DNA of 17,179 nt from the IMG/VR virus record IMGVR_UViG_2537562215_000014. One strand, given 5' to 3'. Every line of letters begins with the position of its first letter. The first letter of the stretch is position 1. This DNA is from a virus (taxonomy: Duplodnaviria > Heunggongvirae > Uroviricota > Caudoviricetes). Position numbers and translations under genes: made by a program. Positions 1-8,000 of the stretch are shown here, in pieces. Below the pieces are notes generated by a model. That model did not search any database and was not told the origin of the DNA. It worked only from the letters and a program-made list of their open reading frames with translations.

Positions 1-1224
1 GTGGCACGGACAACACGTCCTCTGACCAACACTGAAATTCTGCGGACTAAAGCTTTAGAGAAGGATCTAACACTGCATGATGGCGAGGGGCTTTTCCTGA
101 TAGTGAAAACAAACGGGAAAAAACTCTGGCGTTTCCGTTATCAACGTCCAACAACAAAACAGCGAACAATGATGGGGCTTGGTGCCTTCCCTGCCTTATC
201 GCTTGGTGATGCCCGAAGGTTAAGGGCTGAATACCTTTCCTTATTAGCCAATGGAATTGACCCGCAAATACAAGCTGAAGTTGCAGAGGAGCAGCAGAAA
301 ATCGTGCTTAACAGTATTTTTTCAGCGGTCGCCTCTAACTGGTTCTTGCTCAAAAGCAAAAGTGTTACTCCTGATTACGCAAAGGATATTTGGCGCTCAT
401 TGGAAAAAGACGTACTCCCTGCTATTGGCGAGATCCCCGTTCAGCAAATCAAAGCCCGAACACTAGTTGAAGCACTTGAACCAATCAAAGCTCGCGGAGC
501 ACTGGAAACAGTTCGTCGCCTAGTACAACGTATTAACGAAATAATGATTTATGCGATTAACACTGGTTTGATTGATACTAATCCAGCATCAGGCATTGGT
601 ATGGCTTTTGAAAAACCCAAAAAGCAAAACATGCCAACACTGCGGCCTGAAGAGTTACCTAAGCTGATGCGTTCTTTAGCTATGTCAAATCTTTCTATTC
701 CAACTCGCTGTCTAATTGAATGGCAACTCCTGACACTTGTACGCCCATCTGAAGCTGCCGGTGCTCGATGGGTAGAGATCGATCTTGAAACAAAACTATG
801 GACAATTCCCGCAGAACGGATGAAAGCCAAGCGTGAGCACATTGTTCCTTTATCACCACAAGCGTTAAATATACTCGATGTTATGAAGCCAATTAGTGGC
901 CACCGAGAATTCATTTTTCCCAGCAGATGTGACCCGAAGAAGTCAATGAACAGTCAAACGGCGAATGCTGCTTTGAAACGGATAGGTTATGGAGGTAAAC
1001 TGGTTGCCCATGGAATGCGCTCAATAGCCAGCACGGCAATGAATGAATTTGGATTCAACCCAGATGTAATTGAAGCTGCACTTGCTCATATTGATAAAAA
1101 TGAAGTTCGACGCGCGTACAACCGCTCAGTTTATCTTACTCAGCGTAAAGAATTGATGGAATGGTGGGGGGAACAATGTGTTTCGCAATTCTCATCTATT
1201 AGAAATAAGTGGCCCGTCTCCTAA
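1..1224 (+). CDS. int: P4-family tyrosine integrase (CP4-57/IntA-like); begins with GTG at window base 1, so the true start may lie upstream
   Basis: 407-aa ORF. N-terminal arm-binding pattern LHDGEGLFLIVKTNGKKLWRFRY; C-terminal catalytic region RPSEAAGARW ... HGMRSIASTAM ... RRAYNRSVYL (Arg, His-x-x-Arg, Tyr). N-terminus MARTTRPLTNTEI closely resembles my recollection of E. coli IntA. Sits at the element end, reading inward. Confidence 0.92.
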   Translation: MARTTRPLTNTEILRTKALEKDLTLHDGEGLFLIVKTNGKKLWRFRYQRPTTKQRTMMGLGAFPALSLGDARRLRAEYLSLLANGIDPQIQAEVAEEQQKIVLNSIFSAVASNWFLLKSKSVTPDYAKDIWRSLEKDVLPAIGEIPVQQIKARTLVEALEPIKARGALETVRRLVQRINEIMIYAINTGLIDTNPASGIGMAFEKPKKQNMPTLRPEELPKLMRSLAMSNLSIPTRCLIEWQLLTLVRPSEAAGARWVEIDLETKLWTIPAERMKAKREHIVPLSPQALNILDVMKPISGHREFIFPSRCDPKKSMNSQTANAALKRIGYGGKLVAHGMRSIASTAMNEFGFNPDVIEAALAHIDKNEVRRAYNRSVYLTQRKELMEWWGEQCVSQFSSIRNKWPVS

Positions 1225-1267
1225 TTTGGTAGTTTTGTTCATTTGAGATACATAGCAAGGATTTGAA

Positions 1268-2371
1268 ATGTACATTCAAGATATTCCTAAAGATTCAAAA
1301 TTTTGGGTTGTTCGATCTGGTGATGGCGGTATGTTTTATGACCACTTTGTGCACAACTCCATAGCAGCTATTGGGCACATTGACGCTATGGAATTTAGCG
1401 ATCAGACCCTCAGTAATAAAGATGAAGTGATTAAACTCGTTTATAATTACAAACAAACTTTGCTTGAAAAAAAGGAAACACTTGCATCTGCATCTAATAA
1501 AGCAGGCCAAGTTCTACGTTTCATTAATGAAATGTCAGTCGGTGATATAATTATAACTCTAGATGCAAGGAGAATAGTGGTCGGCAGGATCATATCTGGT
1601 CCTTATAAAGATATGGAAAATGTAACATTACTCAATGTTGATGGAACAACAGATGAAAAATTGCTTAAATTTACCCTTAGACGTAAAGTTGAATGGGGAA
1701 AAACGCAGTTTCGTGACAAACTTCCATTAGCCATAAATAATAGTTTCAGGGCTAATCAAACTGTTTTCTCAGCAAACGAGCACTGGAAAGAGCTTAATCA
1801 CTGGTTATCTGTTGCATTTATATCAGATAATGAAGCTTATATTTCCTCACGGATTGAGCAAACAGAAGGGATTAACAATCTTGACATTGCTCAATACTCC
1901 ATAATAATAAATAAAATTGAAGCTATTGCTCAAACAATCGCTAACAATGACAACTATCATTTCGATGATGATAAATTATTATCTCTCTTTGAAGATACAT
2001 ATAAAGAACTAAGAAAAAGTAGAACATTTACGGTAACGACACAACAGGTATTTCTTTCACCAGGAGATCTTTGGGCAAAAATATCTGGAAGCCGTAAAAA
2101 AAGCCTGTTAGTTATCTGCACATTTCTTATAATGTTCAATATTGAGCCATCTTTCGCAGATGAAAATGACAAAATATTTTTCGACAACAACTATGAAGCA
2201 ATATCTTTATTAATTAATAAAGTAAAACATGATGAAAACTTTGAGGAAGTAAAAAATGGATTAGCATTAAAAGTTCCTGCACAAAAACTAAACACAAAAA
2301 ACACCTCTACAAACCCCAATAAAAAACGCTATGATGATGATGTAGAACCAGACGACTTTGAAGGCATTTAA
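1268..2371 (+). CDS. hypothetical protein, cargo gene A (367 aa, soluble, acidic C-terminal tail); no family assignable by eye
   Basis: ATG at 1268 preceded by AAGGA (1256..1260, 7-nt spacing). Long uninterrupted ORF in visibly AT-rich DNA, where chance ORFs are rare. Starts 43 nt after the int stop. No Walker A, HNH or GS..DxD motif seen. Confidence 0.85.
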   Translation: MYIQDIPKDSKFWVVRSGDGGMFYDHFVHNSIAAIGHIDAMEFSDQTLSNKDEVIKLVYNYKQTLLEKKETLASASNKAGQVLRFINEMSVGDIIITLDARRIVVGRIISGPYKDMENVTLLNVDGTTDEKLLKFTLRRKVEWGKTQFRDKLPLAINNSFRANQTVFSANEHWKELNHWLSVAFISDNEAYISSRIEQTEGINNLDIAQYSIIINKIEAIAQTIANNDNYHFDDDKLLSLFEDTYKELRKSRTFTVTTQQVFLSPGDLWAKISGSRKKSLLVICTFLIMFNIEPSFADENDKIFFDNNYEAISLLINKVKHDENFEEVKNGLALKVPAQKLNTKNTSTNPNKKRYDDDVEPDDFEGI

Positions 2372-2375
2372 GAGG

Positions 2376-3029
2376 ATGATGAAGTTCATAAAAAAATGGT
2401 GGGATAACCATGATAAATCTAATAATTTTTTATCAGGTATCCATTACATCGTCATTTCGCTAGCTATCATAATTGGTGGCGCGTGGTCGTTGTATACCTT
2501 TGACGCATTACAAATGGCCAAAAATGCGGAAATCCAACTAAAAAAGGCTAACGAAGATTTAAAACAAATAAAAGAGCAAATTAAGGGCACTGACTCTAGC
2601 AGTATTGCTATTAATGTTATCCCGTTAAAAACACAGCTAGGAATGATTATTAATGTAACCATAAAAAATAACGGCAAACGACCATTATCCTTTGACACAT
2701 CCAAAGGAGCTTTAACTGTGTACAAAGTAAGCGCAAATGGCGATAAAGTTGAACAATCTCAATCTTTTACACCAAATCTCTATACATCTTTGAGAGATAA
2801 AAAACACTATCCAGAATCAAAAAGTAAATCATTATCAAAGACACATGTTTTAATAGGAGCAGAAAAAACCCTTAGCTATATTGTTGGATTAAATAAGCCA
2901 GGCGTTTATTATATTACATTTAGGTCAACACCAGATGATAATTTTGACACAGAAGAATTGAAAAACAAAAAACCTGTAGAATGGTTCGCTTCTTCATATG
3001 TTGAAATTACCCCACAAAAATATAAATAA
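2376..3029 (+). CDS. hypothetical bitopic membrane protein, cargo gene B (~217 aa; track ORF starts at TTG 2358, ATG 2376 or 2379 more likely)
   Basis: ATG 4 nt after the gene A stop (TAA 2369..2371), with AAGAGG at 2370..2375. Basic N-terminus MMKFIKKWWDNHDK, one hydrophobic helix LSGIHYIVISLAIIIGGAWSLYTF (about nt 2430..2498), then a charged heptad-like segment and a beta-rich C-terminal domain. AT-rich like gene A. Confidence 0.8.
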   Translation: MMKFIKKWWDNHDKSNNFLSGIHYIVISLAIIIGGAWSLYTFDALQMAKNAEIQLKKANEDLKQIKEQIKGTDSSSIAINVIPLKTQLGMIINVTIKNNGKRPLSFDTSKGALTVYKVSANGDKVEQSQSFTPNLYTSLRDKKHYPESKSKSLSKTHVLIGAEKTLSYIVGLNKPGVYYITFRSTPDDNFDTEELKNKKPVEWFASSYVEITPQKYK

Positions 3030-3335
3030 AAAAAATAAGAAGCACACAAATGTTTTTATAGCCTAAAAAACCGCCACAATATTTAACAGCCACATTAAAA
3101 CACATGCATTATGTTAATGCATTAAATGAAATTAATCCTCCATCCACTCCGTAAAAATAACACTATCATAAACACATCAATAGAGTCATCCAAAACACAA
3201 AAATAACTTTAACTCAATAATATTAAACATTCCCCTTTCTAATCACTACTCTAACTTATTGTCGTAGATGAAGCGAGCAAACTCAATTGCGCTCTCAGAC
3301 TTTGAAAAAATTGAACACATCAACATTTGCGCGCA

Positions 3336-3354
3336 GTGCTTTCCCCGCCTCGCC
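3336..3354 (-). other. cos site: P2/P4-type 19-nt cohesive end (GGCGAGGCGGGGAAAGCAC on the minus strand)
   Basis: Plus strand reads GTGCTTTCCCCGCCTCGCC, the exact reverse complement of the P2/P4 cohesive-end 19-mer as I recall it. It lies downstream of psu, as in P4, inside a GC-rich block (3330..3500). Confidence 0.65.
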
Positions 3355-3518
3355 CGCCCGCTTTGCAGGGCGGTTTTAATGCAGTTGCACTGACACGCTC
3401 AGGCCGCGCCGGGAATGGCGTGTTTTGTTGATAATGGGGCGGGAAAACGCATGCAAAGTCATGCACCTTATCGATGCATGGCTTTTTTCAGTAAAAACAA
3501 GCGGGTTTTCGGGGAATT

Positions 3519-4091
3519 TTACACAGACTGACGTGATGCCAGTTGCGCACTTTTACGCGAAAAAATCATGTTCTGCGCAGGGGTGAATTTTTCACGGCAG
3601 TCATCCACCGAAGCCGCGTCAGGCCTGAATCCGATGGTCGTTAAAATGTCGCTATCCTGTGCGGAATAATTAATTTTTTCCCCCTTCGCAAGCCAGGACA
3701 GAAGGGCTTCACGCAAGGCATCTGTGGCACGCTGTATGGCACAGTTTCGGGCAATGGCCGTCAGTTCACTGTAGCCCATCAGCTCCGGTGCCAGTGCGGC
3801 CGCCAGTACTGTGCCGTGCTGCTGCATAAAATCATTCAGCCGGTCGCGGATGCTGATGTGCTGAACGGCTTCATGCGAACGAATATAACGACCGGCGGCC
3901 TGATTCACCTGCCATTTTCTGACTTCGATAATATTGCGTAATTCGTCCAGGCGACTGACGTTTCTGCCTTCTCCTGACAGAAGCCGCAGGTATTCCTGTT
4001 CGGCCGCTGCCAGCTCATTTTTGCGTTGCAGCCATGCTGCTTTGTTATTCTGACAGGTGTCAAAGGCCTGCTGTAAGGCTGTGCTTTCCAT
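3519..4091 (-). CDS. psu: Psu, polarity suppression / capsid decoration protein (Rho antagonist)
   Basis: 190 aa, the same length as P4 Psu. N-terminus MESTALQQAFDTCQNNKAAWLQRK matches my recollection of P4 Psu. Last gene of the sid-delta-psu operon. Confidence 0.88.
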   Translation of the reverse strand: MESTALQQAFDTCQNNKAAWLQRKNELAAAEQEYLRLLSGEGRNVSRLDELRNIIEVRKWQVNQAAGRYIRSHEAVQHISIRDRLNDFMQQHGTVLAAALAPELMGYSELTAIARNCAIQRATDALREALLSWLAKGEKINYSAQDSDILTTIGFRPDAASVDDCREKFTPAQNMIFSRKSAQLASRQSV

Positions 4092-4164
4092 CGTTATCTC
4101 TTTCTCATCATGCTGAAGAATAAAAATACGGTGTGCGGCGACGGCTGGTGTTAACCGGCAGCCC

Positions 4165-4665
4165 TCATTCCAGACGCAGCGAATATGATTGTGTTTTTAA
4201 CCGTACTGGCGGCAGTTCCTGTTTTTCATGCAGGCTTTCTGCCAGTTCGTCCGGTGTGACCGGGCGGACAATGAAGCGGTTGATGGTCTGAAGCGTTTTA
4301 AACACCAGACCACAGCCCGGATCCGTGCACACATAAAAACGCTCGGTGACTTCCTGAGACAGACGCCGCGATGTTCTTGACAGTGCAAGGCCTTTACATC
4401 TCCGACAACAATATCCGGTAACAAGCATTCTTTTCGGGCGTTTCATACTGCCGGAGGCTGACGTCAGTGAATCGCGGTATCTCTGTTTGCCTGAAATGTA
4501 TTCCATTCCTGAATCTTTACTGTCAGAGAAAAAGCTTTCACTCGCTTCAAATGTCGCAGAGCAATAAATATTCCGGCACTGTGCAATCATTATCTTGGTG
4601 CCATCGTCCATGAAATGTGCGCGGCGGGTGTGAGCAACATGTCCACACGACGGGCAGTAAATCAT
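4165..4665 (-). CDS. delta: Delta, late-gene transactivator (tandem Ogr-like zinc-finger modules)
   Basis: 166 aa (P4 Delta is 166 aa). Two Ogr-type Cys motifs: CPSCGH...CRNIYCSATF and CCRRCKG...CTDPGCGLVF. Start codon overlaps the sid stop (ATGA at 4662..4665). Confidence 0.88.
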   Translation of the reverse strand: MIYCPSCGHVAHTRRAHFMDDGTKIMIAQCRNIYCSATFEASESFFSDSKDSGMEYISGKQRYRDSLTSASGSMKRPKRMLVTGYCCRRCKGLALSRTSRRLSQEVTERFYVCTDPGCGLVFKTLQTINRFIVRPVTPDELAESLHEKQELPPVRLKTQSYSLRLE

Positions 4666-5396
4666 GACAGCAGTCCTCTGGCCTTAAGCTCTGCTCCCTG
4701 CTGGTCTATTTTGTCCTGCCACACCTTGCGCTGTGCCGGTGTGCCTGCCACCTCATAATCCATGTGCGGAAGTGTTGCCGCTGACAGTCCGGTCAGCCGG
4801 AGAACCGGCTCGCCGCTGAGGCTGATTTGCATCTGTTTAATTTTCTGTTCCAGCGATGATTTCACCTGCTGCATGACAGCCTTATCGGGTGCGACGTAGC
4901 CCTGATGGCCGGTGGTGTTGGCGAGCGGATTTTCCTGTACCAGAATGCTCAGATGCATTGCCCGGACAAGCGCCTCACAGGTTTCATTCAGGGCGTGTTC
5001 CAGCTCATGCTCTGCATACAGACTCAGAAGGTGATGATGTGCCTTCCGGTAGGCGGTGGCCGTGCTGTCACACGCCCCTTTCAGGCGTTCACGTTCAAAA
5101 TTCAGCACCACGGCCAGATTGTCATATTCCTGTACCAGCTCCCGGCGTGCCACGCGCTCAATGTGGCGCTGTTTCAGCTCGTCGCTCAGGACACCACCGG
5201 CTGCACGAAAGGATGTGCGCCAGTCATCAGCGTCATTTCCGTCGGCCTGCGCCAGCGCATTTTTTTCCTGCTCTGCCCGTTCAATGGCCGTGACGGTCTC
5301 ATCCATCAGTCGGGCGTTCTCAAGGTGGGCGGCTCTGGCCTTTTCCAGTTGTGCCAGTGCGGGTTGCAGATATTCAGGGATGGTGTTGTCAGACAT
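4662..5396 (-). CDS. sid: Sid, external capsid size-determination scaffold protein
   Basis: Track ORF starts at GTG 5414. ATG at 5396 gives 244 aa (P4 Sid is 244 aa) and has GAGGAG 8 nt upstream. Alpha-helical, Ala/Glu/Leu-rich composition. First gene downstream of the late-promoter dyad. Confidence 0.85.
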   Translation of the reverse strand: MSDNTIPEYLQPALAQLEKARAAHLENARLMDETVTAIERAEQEKNALAQADGNDADDWRTSFRAAGGVLSDELKQRHIERVARRELVQEYDNLAVVLNFERERLKGACDSTATAYRKAHHHLLSLYAEHELEHALNETCEALVRAMHLSILVQENPLANTTGHQGYVAPDKAVMQQVKSSLEQKIKQMQISLSGEPVLRLTGLSAATLPHMDYEVAGTPAQRKVWQDKIDQQGAELKARGLLS

Positions 5397-5468
5397 TTTC
5401 CGGCTCCTCGTCACTTCAGGTTAAGAAAATTGTGACGTACACCGGACAACAACACGACGCATTGCAGA

Positions 5469-5486
5469 TGTGCCAGCCCTGACACA
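5469..5486 (-). promoter_or_regulatory. Psid late promoter activator site (Ogr/Delta-type TGT-N12-ACA dyad)
   Basis: TGT GCCAGCCCTGAC ACA. Centre is ~55 bp upstream of the inferred sid transcription start (~5420), matching P2/P4 late-promoter architecture. Confidence 0.6.
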
Positions 5487-5565
5487 GGAGACTCATCCTC
5501 AGACCGGCAAGCCAGGAAAAGGTCGCAGGAAAAACCGGCTTACTGTTTGTTTTTTTATATTTTAC

Positions 5566-5669
5566 TGTTCACCTCTGTTCACCATAAGAAAAAAGATAAG
5601 TAATACAGTAAGTTAAAGGGTGAATAATCGCAGTAATGACTGTTCACCGTCTGTTCACCACTGTTCACC
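5566..5669. repeat. Replication-origin-like iteron cluster: five direct TGTTCACC octamers plus one degenerate inverted copy
   Basis: TGTTCACC at 5566, 5576, 5641, 5652 and 5662; GGTGAATA at 5618. P4 alpha binds type I iterons of this sequence. Lies about 4.8 kb from the crr repeats. Confidence 0.65.
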
Positions 5670-5828
5670 CGTTGATGGGCTTTTTGTGCTGTTTATTACT
5701 GTTTGTTTTTATTAATTCGCCGGGAATGAATAAGAAAAAACGATTTGTATTTCACTATAAAAATTACGAATTGCTTTAAGTGGCTTTAAATGACTTTAAG
5801 TGGAGATGAACAAAAAATACACAAGCAT

Positions 5829-5846
5829 TGTAAGGCTGCCGGAACA
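5829..5846 (+). promoter_or_regulatory. PLL-like late leftward promoter activator site (TGT-N12-ACA dyad)
   Basis: TGT AAGGCTGCCGGA ACA. Placing the start ~55 bp downstream (~5892) puts it ~396 bp upstream of the PLE-like start (~6288), close to the ~400 bp spacing I recall for P4 PLL/PLE. Confidence 0.5.
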
Positions 5847-5948
5847 AATCCCCCCTGTTGCGTCTGCCAAAAATATTCACAAAATAAAGCGCTACCCGAA
5901 GCCGGACGGACTTATCCGGTGCTGTATGGACATTAACGAGGTAGCCCG

Positions 5949-6215
5949 ATGCAAGCTGTTTTTTCTTCCCCGTCTCCCGCCCCTGTGACGCCACTGATGC
6001 CGCTGCCGGACATCACGCAGGAGCGTTTTTTACGTCTGCCGGAAGTGATGCACCTGTGCGGCCTGTCACGCTCGACAATCTATGAACTCATCCGTAAGGG
6101 GGAATTTCCGCCGCAGGTGAGTCTTGGCGGTAAAAATGTGGCCTGGCTGCACTCTGAAGTCACCGCATGGATGGCCGGGCGCATTGCCGGACGCAAACGG
6201 GGGTATGACGCATGA
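5949..6215 (+). CDS. vis: Vis/AlpA-family helix-turn-helix regulator (excisionase-like)
   Basis: 88 aa. Motif [47 protein letters not shown] is typical of AlpA/Vis. GAGG lies 9 nt upstream of the ATG. First gene after the PLL-like site. Confidence 0.85.
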   Translation: MQAVFSSPSPAPVTPLMPLPDITQERFLRLPEVMHLCGLSRSTIYELIRKGEFPPQVSLGGKNVAWLHSEVTAWMAGRIAGRKRGYDA

Positions 6216-6250
6216 TGATGCCCGCTCTGCAAAAACTCCCTTTTTCTGGC

Positions 6251-6280
6251 TTGCCTTTTTCCGGCATTTGCGGATATAGT
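6251..6280 (+). promoter_or_regulatory. PLE-like sigma70 promoter (-35 TTGCCT, 18-bp spacer, -10 TATAGT)
   Basis: Hexamers at 6251..6256 and 6275..6280, immediately downstream of vis, where P4 PLE is expected. Confidence 0.5.
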
Positions 6281-6343
6281 CTTTCCGTTGCCGCAAAATC
6301 GGCAGCCGGGCGTGAGAACCCGTGTAACTCGAAGGCGACATAT

Positions 6344-6365
6344 GACGCGCCATGCGTCTTTTTTT
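6344..6365 (+). terminator. Short hairpin followed by U7 in the PLE leader (candidate attenuator / immunity terminator)
   Basis: GACGCG-CCA-TGCGTC (6-bp stem including one G-U) followed by TTTTTTT at 6359..6365, ~60 nt downstream of the predicted PLE start. Confidence 0.35.
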
Positions 6366-6604
6366 GTGTCGCAATCAACGCCACAGAGCGCCAGATTATG
6401 GTGTGGCGTGTGGTTTGCCGTGCAGGTATGATCCTGTTCGCAATCGCATGTTATGCCACTGAGTCAATGGTAGCTCAGGCGGGGCAGCCTCCGGGCTGGC
6501 CGGTATTCTTCGAGGCCGGTATTCTCACCCCCGTCTGGGCTATCGCCATCGAGCGTGAGAACTCCGGCGATAGCAGTTATTTGCTACTCGAAGGAGGCTG
6601 CCTT

Positions 6605-6802
6605 ATGGCTACAACCCTTACCCCCTCACACCCTGAATTTGTCTTTGTGTTTGCGGCTGTCCGTCGCGCAGACCGTCATCCCCGTATCTGTATGCTTCGC
6701 ACCGTCGCCGGTGATGAACGCAGTGCCCGCCGTTCCTTTGTCCGTGACTATGTGCTCTCCCTTGCTGCCCGTCTGCCGGTGGTGGAGGTGTCCCGTGCGT
6801 AA
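6605..6802 (+). CDS. small hypothetical protein of the left operon (65 aa)
   Basis: ATG at 6605 with AAGGAGG (6591..6597, 7-nt spacing). Its stop overlaps the next gene's start, suggesting translational coupling. Confidence 0.55.
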   Translation: MATTLTPSHPEFVFVFAAVRRADRHPRICMLRTVAGDERSARRSFVRDYVLSLAARLPVVEVSRA

Positions 6803-7082
6803 TAAAAAAGCCCCTCAGACCGTCTCAGCGCGTCATGACGCCTGTGAACACCTCAGCATTGAGGCTTACCATAAGCTCAACCGCGCCAGCGCCGTATCCC
6901 AGTTTGTTGGGGGTGATTTGATTCACCGTGAACTCTCCGGCCTGCATCAGCTCTACATTCCGCATATTTTCAGCTACCTGAATGAAGATATTGATTTTGT
7001 GCTGAATGAGCTGAAAGCCAAAGGCCTGTGCCGCGATTTTCTCGCCCAGCAGAAAGACCGGGGAGACAGGACGCATGTTTGA
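6795..7082 (+). CDS. small protein (~95 aa) at the position of P4 epsilon; function inferred from position only
   Basis: GTG at 6795 with GGAGGTG 4 nt upstream. The stop overlaps the start of the 151-aa ORF (7075). The track ORF is longer (starts 6555), but the SD supports the 6795 start. Confidence 0.5.
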   Translation: MRNKKAPQTVSARHDACEHLSIEAYHKLNRASAVSQFVGGDLIHRELSGLHQLYIPHIFSYLNEDIDFVLNELKAKGLCRDFLAQQKDRGDRTHV

Positions 7083-7530
7083 TTTTCCCCAGCCCGGTGA
7101 GATTTACCGTTCTGCCGGTTTTCCCGATGTGGCCGTGGTCGGCATTCTGGAAGACGGTATTCCGTGGGAAATGCCGTACCGCTGCCCGGACATTGTCTGG
7201 AACCCGTACCGCCGTAAATTCAGTATCCTTGTGCGTATCCTCGCCGACGGGCGCACCACAGACATCCCGCTGGGGCGTTTTCTGCGGGAATTTACCTGTG
7301 ACCGTCCTGACCTGTTTAAACGCAGCCCCGTAAACCGGCATGCGGTACTGAAAGAAATGGCCGGAGACCCGGAATTACAGAAATGGCGGGAGAAATATCT
7401 GGATATTTACCCGCAGGACCCTGTTCCGGTCAGCCGGGCGGCACCGGTGGCGCGGGAATGGCGGGAAATTCCCCGCACGGAGCCTGACCCGGAAATCACC
7501 CCGGATAACAGTTACCGCAATTATCTGTAA
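7075..7530 (+). CDS. hypothetical protein (151 aa; same length and position as P4 orf151)
   Basis: ATG at 7075 with GGGAGA upstream. Codon usage matches the backbone; co-oriented in the alpha operon. Confidence 0.75.
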   Translation: MFDFPQPGEIYRSAGFPDVAVVGILEDGIPWEMPYRCPDIVWNPYRRKFSILVRILADGRTTDIPLGRFLREFTCDRPDLFKRSPVNRHAVLKEMAGDPELQKWREKYLDIYPQDPVPVSRAAPVAREWREIPRTEPDPEITPDNSYRNYL

Positions 7531-7665
7531 TTAAAAAACGACACCCGAAAAATTAAATGTGCGTATTCGCGCAGGGATACGCACGTCTTCAGGAGACGCA
7601 GATATGCCTTATCAGTTAATGCAACCGGCACGGAATGCAGTCATCTGTCACAGGGAGGAAAGCAA

Positions 7666-7986
7666 ATGAAAACACCCTTACCGCCCGTCTTACGCGCAGC
7701 CCTTTACCGTCGTGCTGTCGCCTGTGCCTGGCTGACCGTGTGCGAACGTCAGCACCGCTACCCGCATCTCACCCTTGAATCACTGGAGGCGGCCATCGCC
7801 GCTGAGCTGGAGGGCTTTTATCTGCGCCAGCACGGTGAGGAAAAAGGGCGTCAGATAGCCTGTGCCCTGCTGGAAGATTTAATGGAATCCGGCCCCCTGA
7901 AGGCCGCGCCGTCGCTGTCCTTTCTCGGGCTGGTTGTGATGGATGAACTCTGTGCCCGTCACATAAAAGCGCCGGTACTGCACTGA
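7666..7986 (+). CDS. hypothetical protein (106 aa; same length and position as P4 orf106)
   Basis: ATG at 7666 with GGGAGG 7 nt upstream. Lies immediately upstream of alpha. Confidence 0.75.
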
Positions 7987-8000
7987 AGGAGAACAACACC

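Noticed and set aside
1226-1254. Possible sigma70 promoter for the cargo operon (TTGGTA-17-TACATA) in the int 3' end
   Set aside because: Weak hexamers, and the predicted start would fall within or after the gene A Shine-Dalgarno. The cargo may instead be transcribed by read-through from int or from a promoter I cannot see.
1268-2371. Protein A as a CBASS/Pycsar-type nucleotide cyclase or Mrr-type nuclease paired with a membrane effector
   Set aside because: No GS...DxD nucleotidyltransferase motif and no clear D...(E/Q)xK nuclease signature by eye. Protein B has an N-terminal transmembrane helix rather than the architecture of known cyclic-nucleotide-sensing effectors. Kept as unassigned.
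4889-5435. Plus-strand ORFs (134, 176 and 122 aa) overlapping sid and delta
   Set aside because: Antisense shadow ORFs within the sid-delta-psu operon; Arg/Pro/Ser-rich low-complexity translations.
6212-6802. 196-aa track ORF starting at the vis stop, considered as a single gene
   Set aside because: The PLE-like promoter and a hairpin-U7 lie inside it, and the translation is Cys-rich with odd composition. Only the 3' 65-codon segment (6605..6802), with a strong SD, is annotated. The upstream part is more likely leader or regulatory RNA.
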